A model generated the notes under the pieces. It was not told where the DNA came from. It made no database searches and saw nothing but the letters and a program-made list of their open reading frames with translations. Below are positions 42,351 to 55,620 of a DNA stretch of 64,000 nucleotides, one piece after another. The stretch comes from Octopus vulgaris. Lineage: Eukaryota. The DNA is taken from NCBI GenBank assembly GCA_951406725.2, contig OX597827.1, positions 17,112,001-17,176,000 on the forward strand, in the 5' to 3' direction. Made by a program: the position numbers and the translations under genes. The first letter of the stretch is position 1. Every line of letters starts with the position of its first letter.

Positions 42351-42666
42351 TACTTTTGATCTTGTTTGGTACATTTACAATACAGAAATACTATTAAGTA
42401 TGTATGTATGTACATGTGTGTGTATGTATTAGCAAATTGTATTCTGAAAAGAGAAGCGCTTGTGCTTTGAGGGCTAATTGACTGCCATTTCTCAAAGATC
42501 CACTCAACATGCAGAAACTCATTCATCGGCCAATATTTTTCATATTTTGATAATATGCAAATTCTGTCTCTCTCTCTTTCTCTCTCCATATATATGTGTG
42601 TGTGAGTGTTTATGTGTACATGTATGTGTGTATATGTATGTATATATATATATATATATATGTATG

Positions 42667-42749
<83 letters not shown>

Positions 42750-42824
42750 GTATATATGTATATGTATATATATATGTATGTGTATATATATATATATATA
42801 TAATAAATAGTAAATATAGTTATG

Positions 42825-42886
<62 letters not shown>

Positions 42887-42887
42887 G

Positions 42888-43072
42888 GGGGGGGGGAGAA
42901 TTCACAAAAAAGAAAACAAAAGACGAAGACAGGTGGTATAGACAACAAACAGATGTATTAGTTTAGCGCCCGGGAAGTGAAAAAGTCTTTAACGTTTCGA
43001 GACTATGTTTTTCCACAGGAAGAAACACAGAAACAAGGAGATAATTTATAGAATGTGTAGTGGTTAGCGATG
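42888..43072 (-). mobile_element. short hammerhead-bearing element family F (degenerate)
   Basis: homolog of 48478; CTGTGGA..CTC-GAAAC-GTT-AAAG. Confidence 0.75.
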
Positions 43073-43604
43073 TATGTATATATGGCTGTGGAAAAAAAGC
43101 TTTAATACCTTTGTTCATTGAAAAGATACTAGTCTAGATACATTAGTCGAAGTTAGTGCCAACGAAACACAGGTACTATGAACACGACGTGTAGAAATAC
43201 CAAAAATTCATGGAGTCTTCAACGTTTTCAAATTATGTAGTTCTGTCGATTTATTATTCTGGCAAATCATAGAATTTATATGCTGGCAAGTTAGAAGATA
43301 TAATGAAAGGGTCTGTATAATATTTTAAGATGTTTCACAAAAGGTAGGTATACAGTAAAAAAAAAAAAATGTATGGTAATTTATAATTTAGGAGATTCTG
43401 AAATTCATTCCGCAACTTAGTAATTGTAGGGAGACAAAACAAATATGGCATTGAGACATCGGGAAAAAATTTACAACGACAGCGGAGGGAAAATATATCT
43501 TATCTAGCGTTAACCATCATTCACTGACGTAGTTTTGGAACGTTAATTGTAATTTATGCTTATGATTTATAGTAAATTCTTTGTACTTGTTTTATAATTT
43601 TCCC

Positions 43605-44037
43605 GGATCTTTTCGGTTTGAACGGCAGTTTTTTTTCTAGCGGTGTCATATGAAATTGTCACCCATAATTATGACCCTAGTATCGATCTATTGCATTTCA
43701 ATCTGTTATAGGGTTAGAGTTAGGGTTAGGGGTGGGGGGAAGGGTATCTTTTTTTCTTCACAAATGTAAATAAACCCAATCTGTTTCTTAACCGAGGGAC
43801 ATATGTGTGTCAGAATGGGACATATGTGTGCACAGAATGTTTTCATCTCAATAGACGTTGAAATTGCAGAAATTGAAGAAAAAAACAACAAATATCTTAC
43901 AAACTATAGAATTTTCTCAATAAAGCCAAGAGAAAAAGATGTTTTATAAACACATTCTACCAGTATACGAAGTTTAAAAGTATTTAATTACGTGGAAATT
44001 ACTTTTAAAAAAACTGCCGTCCAAACCGAAAAGATCC
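43605..44037 (+). mobile_element. Merlin-like MITE with TTAGGG
   Basis: TIRs; TSD ATTTTCCC on both sides. Confidence 0.92.
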
Positions 44038-44044
44038 ATTTTCC

Positions 44045-44290
44045 CTATTAGGTAATACAATTTTCAGAGCTTCGCGTAAACTGGCTTGAGAGGCTCGACC
44101 GTTAACTTGGTAAGGTACATTTGAAACTATAATAGACCAATCAATGTCATAATTTATATTCTTAGGTACTCTTAGATTCAGCTTGTAAGTTGACACATTT
44201 AATTCTTCATCAACGGAGGAATAATTATAAACAAACATTCTTTTCTTGACTGAATTAGTTAGAGCTAAGGTAACAACAAACACAACAAAA
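44045..44290 (-). pseudogene. PLE GIY-YIG C-terminal relic, interrupted by the MITE
   Basis: NINYDIDWSIIVSNVPYQVNG..REALKIV, same motif order as the 28067 relic. Confidence 0.6.
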
Positions 44291-44366
44291 TAATGTGAAG
44301 TGCTGGTATAAATTAAGATAAACGTTCAAAAGTACCTTACGGAAAATGGTTATTATTACTTTATTA

Positions 44367-44926
44367 TTGGGTTGTCCGAAAATTTCGTACCGATTTTTAA
44401 AGGAAAGAAAAAGGTCAATAAATACTTGCCATTACATTTTTAATCAACCAAATATGAAGCATTTTGTTGCACATTGCGTCTCCATCATTCCTTTTACTTG
44501 AAAATACCCTTTTCCCAGAAGTGAGGGTGTTTCGTGGCAAAAAATTCATCAAAGTATCGTTTTAGGTCATCCAAGGAATTGGAATTTTACCATTAAGACT
44601 ATTCTGCAGAGACCTAAATAAGTGGAAATCCGAAGGAGCAATATCTGGTGAAAATGGAGGGTGGGTAACACATCCCAGCCGTGCTGCAGCAATTTTTGTC
44701 TGGTTCCCAAAGCATCAATTGCCGAAAATGAACTTATCTTCCATTTTAAAGAGTTACAGAATTAACACAGGTAATAGGAACATAAATCATCTTCCAGGTA
44801 AACATAGCTTAAACTGTGCTCTAAATGGAGGTGTAGTCATATCCTATTTTATGGACTCAACCATTTTTTAAAATAAGTCGAAAGGTAAGCGACTATAAAT
44901 CGGCACGAACGTTCCGGACAACCCAA
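44367..44926 (-). mobile_element. internally deleted mariner, both TIRs, TA TSD
   Basis: TA|TTGGGTTGTCCG ... CCGGACAACCCAA|TA; HPPFSPDIAPSDFHLF remnant. Confidence 0.92.
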
Positions 44927-45263
44927 TAGATAGAAATATCTCTTCTAAATTTCTTCCCAATCAGTCAAGCAGTTTAGTCTTTGCTACATTTTTCTCTTTA
45001 CCTTAAGAAATTACGTCATAACAGAAGCTCATACATTTTAAAACTATTATAAAAAACTAATTACGATCACCACATTGTTTATCATATACGTGCTTCTATC
45101 TAAGCAACAAACCCGTAATTCATACAATAATAGAAGTGTGACAAATAAGGACGACTGAAGAAAGCATACAATGGACGAAGATAATGCTATCCCCTCATTA
45201 GGTGTCGATAAAATATCATTACAGTTTCGACATATTCTGAGCTTTCTGACAATCAATCAATCA

Positions 45264-45359
<96 letters not shown>

Positions 45360-45374
45360 ATCTATCTATCTATC

Positions 45375-45427
<53 letters not shown>

Positions 45428-45430
<3 letters not shown>

Positions 45431-45833
45431 TTTTATTTGTTTCAGTAATTTGACTGTGGCCATGCTGGAGCACCGCGTTTAGTCGAGCAAATCGACCCCA
45501 GGACTTATTCTTTATAAGCCTAGTACTTATTCTATCGATCTCTTTTGCCGAATCGCTAAGTTACGGGGACGTAAACACACCAGCGTTGGTTGTCAAGCGA
45601 TGTTGGGGGGACAAACACAGACACACAAACATATACACACACATGCATATATATGTATATATATTATACATATATACGACGGGCTTCTTTCGGTTTCCGT
45701 CTACCAAATCCACTCACAAGGCTTTGGTCGGCCCGAGGCTATAGTAGAAGACACTTGCCCAAGGTGCCACGCAGTGGGACTGAACCCGGAACCATGTGGT
45801 TCGTAAGCAAGCTACTTATCACACAGCCACTCC
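45428..45833 (-). mobile_element. SINE family B
   Basis: homology to 3783. Confidence 0.9.
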
Positions 45834-45859
45834 TACGCCACTCCTATATATATATATAT

Positions 45860-45914
<55 letters not shown>

Positions 45915-46032
45915 TTCAGTAAAATTTAGATTCAGATTAATATGATACTTCAAAATCACCAGAATTTTGTATGGTATTATCCATATAAATCCATGGGGGT
46001 GATTATAATCAAAATAAGCAACAAGTATATCC

Positions 46033-46182
46033 ACTTAGCGGTTCGGCAAAAGAGACCGATAGAATAAGTACTGGGCTTACAAAGAATAAGTCCTGGGGTC
46101 GATCTGCTCGACTAAAGGCGGTGCTCCAGCATGGCCGCAGTCAAATGACTGAAACAAGTAAAAGAGTAAAAGAGTAAAGAGT
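46033..46182 (+). mobile_element. SINE family B 3' fragment (5'-truncated)
   Basis: CACTTAGCGGTTCGGC...TGACTGAAACAAGTAAAAGAGTAAAAGAG. Confidence 0.9.
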
Positions 46183-46643
46183 AAGGTCGTGTGGTACAAT
46201 CGTTTCATGCTACTTCATTTTATTAAATATTGTAAGTATTACATCAGTTTTAAAATGTCGAGAAATCTTCAGCCACTTATAGAATTTTTCAATCAAACGG
46301 ACAATGCACATTCTTATCTCTATTCCGTTTGCCAACATTATAAAGAGGGTAGATATGCAGACAGAGAGGTTGATTTCATTCTTAAGAACATGACAGTATT
46401 AAATTTACTCTGTGAGTGGGCAAACAAAAAAAAGATGTTCTCAGCACATGTAGTAAGTGTTATAATATTATCTTTTAAAGCAATTTGATTCGATCCCATA
46501 CAACTTAAAGTTTCATAGGCTCGTCACAGGAACCTATCTCAAAAGGCTCGGCCGACTGAGCCGGTGAGCAAGTTCTCAAGCAGCAAAAACAACAACTACA
46601 ACAACAGCAAAGACAACAATAAAAATAATGATAATGATAATAA

Positions 46644-46697
<54 letters not shown>

Positions 46698-46775
46698 TAC
46701 ATACATATACACACATATATATATGCATGCATGTATATACAAACATATACCTACATACACACACACGAGTGTGTG

Positions 46776-47000
46776 TAGTAAAGTTTATTTGTCAACGTGA
46801 ATTGGCCATCCTACGTAGGACTATGTTACTAAATTTTAAGCCCAGGAAATATATTTTCCATCTGGTTATCGGCACATGATCTTATGTTCGAGATATATAT
46901 GTGTCACTAACCAGGTGGAAAAGATGTTTTCCTGGGGTTAAAAATTCGTAACGTAGTCCTACGTAGGATTACCACCTTACGTTGGTAAACAAACTTTACT
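46776..47000. mobile_element. palindromic MITE-like element, ~100-bp imperfect arms
   Basis: AGTAAAGTTT..ATCCTACGTAGGACTA.. / ..TAGTCCTACGTAGGAT..AAACTTTACT. Confidence 0.75.
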
Positions 47001-47076
47001 CTATACGTAGATCTCATTCAAAGATTTAAAACTAGTTGGTTTTTCCATTTATACATACATACATATATATACATAT

Positions 47077-47147
<71 letters not shown>

Positions 47148-47151
<4 letters not shown>

Positions 47152-47268
47152 GAGCGTAGGCTCGAAACGTAAAATACTTTTTCTATTCCTGAGCGCTATA
47201 CTAATACATATGTTTGTTTGTACACCACCTGCCTTCGTCTTTTGTTTATTTTCGTAAACTTTCCCTTT
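47148..47268 (+). mobile_element. family F element, 5'-truncated within the hammerhead
   Basis: TGA-A-GAGC-gtag-GCTC-GAAAC-GTA; in (TA)n. Confidence 0.8.
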
Positions 47269-47307
47269 ATATACATATATACATATATACATACATACAT
47301 ATATATG

Positions 47308-47355
<48 letters not shown>

Positions 47356-47584
47356 CATACATATATATATATAGATAATGGGGTCATTGGGACCCAAAGG
47401 TGTCAGGTAATGCTGAATAAGTGCTATAGACAGACCATAGTTAAGTTCCAGATTCGGTAATATTACGATTCGGTAATATTACGATTCGGTAATGTTACTA
47501 TGTCAGCGTGTGTATATAAGAATTTTTTTCGTAATGAGATAAAAAAAAGCAAGGCTGTATAGATATTAGAGCATTTATAGATAG

Positions 47585-47635
47585 CTCTTACAATTGTTTC
47601 TAGGATATTAATAAACAATATCCCTTCATCGGAGA
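47585..47635 (-). ncRNA. minimal hammerhead ribozyme motif (U4C core variant)
   Basis: TCT-CCGATGA-AGGGATATT/AATATCCTA-GAAAC-aatt-GTA-AGA. Confidence 0.65.
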
Positions 47636-47956
47636 CGGTGTGAGAGGATGGTTAAGTAATAGTTAATTTAGATAAGATACAAAATAGAGAGTGAGGTGGA
47701 GGAAAGAAAATAGATGTAAGATATGTAAGGGTATTGAATTTGTAAATCCGTTTTACAGGCATCATATCGACTTAACACCCATGTCTGTCCGTCCCCTCTG
47801 TGTTTAGCCCCTTGTGGGTAATAAAGAAATAGGTATTATAGTGTAAAAGATAGAGGAATGGCGGGGTTAAGAGGTGGAGGAAAGACCAATGTGTAGTAGT
47901 AGCTTCTAATTGTGAGGCAAAGATATGAAGAATTAAGGAAATAGCAGTGTTAAGTA

Positions 47957-48184
47957 GTCTGAGAAAATATATATGTGAAGATGTATATACATGTATATAT
48001 CAGATAAGTTACAAAAGATAAGTTACAGTCTGAGAAAATATATATGTGAAGATGTATATACATGTATATATCAGATAAGTTACAAAAGATAAGTTACAAA
48101 AGATAAGTTACAGTCTGAGAAAATATATATGTGAAGATGTATATACATGTATATATCAGATAAGTTACAAAAGATAAGTTACAA
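47957..48184. repeat. ~70-bp minisatellite x3 with a nested 13-bp repeat
   Basis: AGTCTGAGAAAATATATATGTGAAGATG..GATAAGTTAC(AAAAGATAAGTTAC)n. Confidence 0.92.
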
Positions 48185-48477
48185 ATGCAATCGTTATTCG
48201 CATGTGTATGCCCTCATACACGCTCACTTATAGACTCATCCGCGTGTATCATCGCCCCCACATATGCATTTATATAGACCTTTATATATTTATATATATG
48301 TTTACATATACCCACATGTATGCATATGTGCATACCTTCACTCGTACATATATACGCACGTATGGGTGTGTGTGTGTGTATATGAATACGAATAAAGTCA
48401 GATTGTTGCATATGTGAGAAACTAGATAGGGATTATGAGTTAGAGTGTAAAATTTATAGGCTAATATATATATATAG

Positions 48478-48652
48478 GGAGAGTTTACGAAAAAAACAAA
48501 AGACGAAGACAGGTGGCGTATAAAACAAACAGATGTATTAGTATAACGCTCAGGAATAATCTTTTACGTTTCGAGCCCACGCTCTTCTACAGAAAGTGAC
48601 ACAGAAAAAACAAGGAGAGAAAAAAATGTGTGTAGTGGCTAACGATCTATCA
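48478..48652 (-). mobile_element. family F element, apparently full length, hammerhead at 48561-48596
   Basis: CTTT-CTGTAGA-A-GAGC-gtgg-GCTC-GAAAC-GTA-AAAG; TA repeats on both sides. Confidence 0.8.
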
Positions 48653-48686
48653 TATATATATATATTGTATGTATATATATATATAT

Positions 48687-48729
<43 letters not shown>

Positions 48730-49090
48730 CATTATGTATATATTGTATGTATGTCTAAGAGTGGAGGGGTGTCAGTGTGCGTGTAAAATTATACAAATGG
48801 TTAAGTATATTTGTTGGAGCAGCCTCGAGGACTGAACCACATTCCTCACGATTTCATCTTTCTGCGATAACCATTCTATCGTAGTTTCCATCGAATTTAA
48901 TAAAAATAAAGATAGCACCGGGCAAGCTACCATTGTTTATCCATATTTCTATCACACAAATTTCATTGACACTGATATTTCTGATATACGTAGGCGTAAA
49001 TGCATAAATATTTGTACATATTTGTGAATATATATATATACATACATACATAGACATATGCCAATAGAGAAAGATATATAAACATATATA

Positions 49091-49128
<38 letters not shown>

Positions 49129-49393
49129 CATATACATATACACATATTGATATTGTTATACAAAGGCATATATCTCGCGATATGGAGTTTTATGACTAAG
49201 AAAGTTTTCAGTGTAAATGTATTGATGGTATGTGAAAGGTGAGTCGAGTTCAAATGTATCTACATAGTGCATATATAGAATACACTTACGTCATTCAAAA
49301 TTGCGAGGGAAAAAAATGAATGGAACAATAAAACAGAACATTCACAGATACAATACTTTGTTTCCGTTGGTGTGATATTTTTCTACATCAATA

Positions 49394-49441
<48 letters not shown>

Positions 49442-49560
49442 AATGTACGAGCGCCATAAAGCTATGTATATAAGCGTACATGAATATCAAAACAGATAAA
49501 AATAATACAGGCATGTGCACACAAAAACTTACACACAAATGCAGACTAACACACACGCAA

Positions 49561-49604
<44 letters not shown>

Positions 49605-49673
49605 TTAGCGTTAGAGCGTCCACATAGTTGATTCTCTCTTATATTTGTGTATATATATATATATATATATATA

Positions 49674-49938
49674 CAATTAAGGATTGAACACGAAAAGTGG
49701 ACAGTCAACATGCTAGATATAGACGTCAAATCGCCATTCACCACAAAAGATTATGTTCTTTGATCTGAGAACATAATCTTTTTGGTGAATGGCGATTTGA
49801 CGTCTATATCTAGCATGTTGACTGTCCACTTTTCGTGTTCAGTCCTTAATTGGTATATATAAATATTTTAATCTTCGGATTCTTTTTTAATATGCTAGAC
49901 CACTGGTCTTAATTGATAAATATCAATTTCTACCCTTA

Positions 49939-49946
<8 letters not shown>
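49674..49946 (+). mobile_element. fold-back hairpin element H4 (~85-bp arms plus tail) in (TA)n
   Basis: arms 49674-49759 / 49768-49852; tail homologous to the H2 tail. Confidence 0.9.
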
Positions 49947-49986
<40 letters not shown>

Positions 49987-50020
49987 TATGTGTGTGTGTG
50001 TGTATACATATATATATATG

Positions 50021-50067
<47 letters not shown>

Positions 50068-50085
50068 TTATGTATGTATATGAGC

Positions 50086-50400
50086 GCAAGCACATGGTTC
50101 CGGGTTCTGTCTTACTGCGTGGCAATGTAACCAAGTGTTTTCTGCTATAGCCTAGCCTCGGGCCGACCAAAGTCGTGTGAGTGAATGTGATAGATGGAAA
50201 TTGAAAGAAGCCCGTCCTGTATATATATATATATATATGCATCTGTTTGTCCCTCACCCACCACGCTTGACAACCGGTGTTTGTGTATTTGCATTTCGGT
50301 GACTAAGTGGTTTAGCAAAAGCGATCAATAAAGTAAGTACCAGGCTTAAAGCATAAATATTGGGGTCGATTAGTTCACGTAAAAACTTAAGGCGATGCTC
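50086..50400 (+). mobile_element. SINE family B, diverged
   Basis: CACATGGTTCCGGGTTC..GCCTCGGGCCGACCAAAG. Confidence 0.75.
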
Positions 50401-50666
50401 CACTTAAAACTTAAGGCGATGCTCACGTAAAACCTTAAGGCGATGAAAAAAATAATATATATGTATTGTGGATATTAATAATTGTTACATTTCTTAATAA
50501 TATAAATTAATTTATGTATTGGCTTAAGTCTTTCTTTGTTTGATTTGCATAATAGTGGTTTTGTCTCTAATTTAATATAATATAATATTTTACTATAAAA
50601 TTGGATTCAATCCTAAATCTGATTTTTCCCTGTAAGTTTGGATTTATTCCCTAATTTTTATTATTA

Positions 50667-51080
<414 letters not shown>

Positions 51081-51163
51081 GTATGTATGCATCTATCAAT
51101 CTATCTATCTATCTACCTATCTATCTATCAACCTATCTATCAATCAATCTATCTACCTATCTA

Positions 51164-51228
<65 letters not shown>

Positions 51229-51234
<6 letters not shown>

Positions 51235-51612
51235 GGAAAAAGTAAAAGGAATATAGGAAAGCTTCTGACGATGCGGCATGTTTCACAATACCTTTATATT
51301 TCAAGCGCAAAGACCCATCCTCAGAAGAGGGAAATATCTTGTTATAAAGGTCCCGTTAACCTATTCAAATGCCTAAGCACCATGTTAGTGGTAGCAGTCA
51401 CTCTCCAATTATTGGAGTAGTCACCATGGTACGTTGCCTACGGCAACATTTAGATGTTTGTTTACACAAATGCTCGGATAGGTGATTACACAAACATTTA
51501 GAGAGGGATTGCTTCTGATTTGGTCGAGAAATTTAAATAGGTGCAAGGGACCTGTATAACTAGGCACTTACCAGACTCTTTCTTCTGAGGATGGGCCTTT
51601 GCGCCTGAAATA
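51229..51612 (-). mobile_element. PLE-like fragment with degenerate hammerhead and inverted partial repeat
   Basis: minus CTGAGGA..GAAAC..GTC at 51262-51328; inverted copy TCTTCTGAGGATGGG.CTTTGCGC.TGAAATATA at 51581-51614; TA flanks. Confidence 0.65.
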
Positions 51613-52030
51613 TATATATATTTTTTGTGCAACTTTACGCATTGTCGTAAGCTATCCTATATTCCCTTTTCTTTCTCTTCTTCGATACTACACCGCTTCA
51701 AGAAAACTACAACGCTCATATGTGTGTGTGGTTGTTTGTGTCTTTGTGTGTCTATGTGTGAATGTGCGTGTATGTGTATGTCATTATTCAGATTTATCTC
51801 AAGATTTCTTGCCAATAGAGAAAGAACGGGTTTCGAAACCTAGACCCAAGGCTCCTTCATTAGAATTTCAACAACTACAGGCTATACATACAGGCAGGGT
51901 TACGTGGTAAAAAATGTACTCCCAATTACATGATTCTAGGTTCGGTGACACTGCGTGGCATCTGGGGCATGAATTTCTAGAATTTACACACATAAAGACA
52001 CACGTGAACATACATAAACACATACATACG

Positions 52031-52078
<48 letters not shown>

Positions 52079-52081
52079 TAT

Positions 52082-52304
52082 ACTCTTTTATTATTTTACC
52101 TGTTTTAGTCATTTGACTGCAGCCATGCTGAGCACCGACCTTAGTCGAGCAAATCGACCCCAGGACTTATTCTTTGTAAGCCTAGTACTTATTCTATCGG
52201 TCTCTTTTGCCTAATCGCTAAGTTACAAGGACATAAACACACCAACATCGGTTGTCGAGCGTTGGTAAGGAGGCAAACACAGACAAATACACACACACAC
52301 ATAC

Positions 52305-52337
<33 letters not shown>

Positions 52338-52475
52338 CGGGCTTCTTTCAAACAAATCCACTCACATGATTTTGGTCGGCTCGAGGCTATAGTAGAAGAC
52401 ACTTACCCAAGATATCACAAAGTGGGACTGAACCCGGAACCATGTGGTTGGGAAGCTTCTTACCACAGCCGCTTC
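52082..52475 (-). mobile_element. SINE family B
   Basis: homology to 3783. Confidence 0.85.
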
Positions 52476-52588
52476 TGCGCACGCGCACACACACTATATA
52501 TATAGTCATGTACATACATATATATATATGTATATGTCTATACTTATATATATATACGTATATATATTTACGTATATATATGCATATA

Positions 52589-52640
<52 letters not shown>

Positions 52641-53164
52641 TCCACAAATACACTCACTCGCACACACGCATGCACAAACACACACACACACACATACACA
52701 CACGCACACATACATTTGTATGTGTATGTACGTAAGTTTCAATAAAATATATAATCACCAATTAAGTACTGGGGACAACTTCCTCGTTTATTGCATTATT
52801 TTGTCTGGAATAGCTATAACGCTTTAAATATATTTAATTATTTACAACAATACAGTTTATGTTCAGATTCTAGAACGATCTTCCAGCAGATAGATTTATG
52901 TTTATGGTTAAATTTCGCTCAACTTCTAAACTTCTGTATATTAGAAATATCAGTGAAGGAGTCCAGTTAAAGAGAATACTTCTGCTTCTCGAGTGCATAA
53001 GCAGCAAGCTATTTCCAATAAAATTACTATTCCTACGGTTTTCTGTTTTTTGTCACGTATTCCGTTATACATTTTTACATATCTATATAACGACATATTC
53101 TGTAAGATATAATATTACAGCATAAAACACTTTAAAAATATCTGTCACTATTTATTGTTTATAC

Positions 53165-53258
53165 ACATACATATATACATACATACATTCATACATACAT
53201 ACATACATACATACATACATACATACATACATACATACATACATACATACATACACAC

Positions 53259-53291
<33 letters not shown>

Positions 53292-53298
53292 CATACAT

Positions 53299-53329
<31 letters not shown>

Positions 53330-53445
53330 TACATACATACATACATACATAAATACATACATGCATACATACATACATACATACATACATACATACATAC
53401 ATACATACATACATACATACATACATACATACATACATACATACA
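53165..53445. repeat. (CATA)n tetranucleotide array
   Basis: seen directly. Confidence 0.97.
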
Positions 53446-53477
53446 TGCATTCATATATAGACACATACATATATATA

Positions 53478-53910
53478 GGCAGTAATATACATCTGGAAGA
53501 TCCTGGAAGGAATTGTGCCAAATTTTGGCATTGAAAGCTACACCAATGCCAGAACGGGACGACACTGCATGGGGCCAAAGATCCCAGCAATGCAATCACG
53601 CTTCAGGACCAGTAACTGCAACAGCCTGGGTTTCAAAGGCCCACAGCTTTTTAATATTCTCCCAAAGAGTCTGAGGAACTTGCACAAAGTAGATGTAGGG
53701 GTTTTTTAAATCAAAGCTGGACCTCTTCCTGTCGAGAGTCCCAGATGAGCCTACCTCACGGCAAGAGGTGCAAATGAGGGTAGCTATATCAAACTCCATT
53801 CTTCATCAAGTGCCACATATTACAGGAGGCTCTTAGTAGTAACAGTGTAGCGCAAAACGGCGGTGCAACAGCATGGCCGCAGTTCTGAGCTGAAACGTTA
53901 AAAAAATAAA
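53478..53910 (+). pseudogene. CR1/L2-group LINE 3' end (ORF2 C-terminus plus UTR)
   Basis: VIYIWKILEGIVPN..NSLGFKGPQLFNILPKSLRN..F(fs)KSKLDLFLSRVPDEP. Confidence 0.85.
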
Positions 53911-54560
53911 TATATATATATACATACATATATATATATGCGCATACATATAGATATATACAGACATATACTCTGTATGTATGCGCATATATATACGCAT
54001 ATTTACTCATATTTGTATGTTTATCTTAAAAATATGACATATAGTTGCTATAAATTGTTATAAATATTAAATTTAGAATGCTTTTGTTATTTACAATGAA
54101 TTACATCCTGAAAGAGAAATTGTTAATATTTATGTATATTTTAAACTCAATTATCTATGTATGCATGTGTGTGCACGCGCGCGCGCGCGCGCGCGTGTGT
54201 GTGTGTGTGTATGTGTGTGTGTGTGTTAAACCATCACAGCTATTAAAACATTTTATGAAAATTTTGAAATATCAAATGATTTGTTTTCTGTAATTGTTCA
54301 CAATATAAAACCAAACTACTTACGTCAAAAATTCATTTTTGCTTACAAGAATTGTCTGGTTCTGAAAGCATCTCTTCTAAAGTAATAAGTTGCTAAAAAT
54401 ATCGATTGAAATATGGTATTAGTCCATCAGATATATAAAATGCATAGTTTGTTTTAATTAAGGCCATTATATTTGGCGTTTATCACGTGATATTAATTTT
54501 CATGTGCATGAAGTGTTTGCAATATATATATGTACACAATATATATAGGCAATATATATA

Positions 54561-54790
54561 GGCGGCGAGCTGGCAGAAACGTTAGCACGCCGGGCGAAAT
54601 GCGTAGCCGTATTTCGTCTGCCGCTACGTTCTGAGTTCAAATTCCGCCGAGGTCGACTTTGCCTTTCATCCTTTCGGGGTCGATAAATTAAGTACCAGTT
54701 ACGCACTGGGATCAATGTAATCGATTTAATCCGTTTGTCTGTCTTTGTTTGTCCCCTCTGTGTTTAGCCCCTTGTGGGTAGTAAAGAAAT
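54561..54790 (+). mobile_element. SINE family C, young copy with TSD
   Basis: AATATATATAGG flanks both ends; GTTCAAATTCC B box. Confidence 0.92.
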
Positions 54791-55201
54791 ATATATAGGT
54801 ACACTCCTTTCCTTCAGGACATATCAATAAACAAAATAATACAATTAGAGAGCAATTTTTGTTGCATTTAAAAGCATTGTTATATTGCTATAATCCGTTC
54901 TTTAATCTGTTGTTATTAAGACCTAGGTATAAAACGATTACTTATCTTTTTCTCTAACTTTTGCTTCATATTATGAAAAACTAGGTATCGTCCAGCTGGT
55001 GATAAACGTTTGTGTTTCTGTTGAATTTTCGTTTTCACAAGTCAAAGAAGCAGTGGAACTGCAGAAACGAGAGAGGAACGAGAGAGATTTGCGTTTCTAA
55101 CGAAACGATTTATGTCCTGTATAACAGAAACCAAAACGGTGTAATCATCGGTTCTACTTTAGGAAGTGCATTTGGGATTTTCCACATGACTACTATGCAT
55201 G

Positions 55202-55620
55202 TTGGGTTGTCCGGAAAGTTCGTGCCGATTTTTAAAGGAAAGAAAAAGGTCAATAAATATTTGCCATTACATTGCACAATGCGTCTCCATCTTTCCTTTA
55301 ACTTGAAAATACCCTCTTCCCAGAATTGAGATGGATTCATGGCAAACAATTCATTAAGGTATCTTTTTACGTCATCCAAGGAATTGAAATTTTTATCATT
55401 AAGACTATTCTGCAGAGACCTGAATAAGTGGAAATCCGAAGGAGCAATATCTGGTGAATATGGAGGGTGGGGTAACACATCCCAGCCAAGCTGCAACAAT
55501 TTTTGTCTCGTTCTCGAAGCATCAAGTACCGAAAATGAACTTTCTTATCTTCCATTTTAAAGGGTTACAGAATTAACACAAATTATAGGAACATAAACCT
55601 TCTTCCACGAAAAGATAGCT
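55202..55620 (-). mobile_element. internally deleted mariner, one TIR
   Basis: MEDKKVHFRYLML joined to LQLGWDVLPHPPYSPDIAPSDFHLFRSLQNSL..KERWRRIV. Confidence 0.92.

Noticed and set aside
49674-49852. Hairpins as miRNA precursors
   Set aside because: Arms are too long and perfect, they are repeat-family members, and there is no small-RNA evidence available.
55110-55499. Functional transposase or SETMAR-like gene
   Set aside because: Internally deleted, lacks the DNA-binding domain and most of the catalytic domain, and reads through the TIR.
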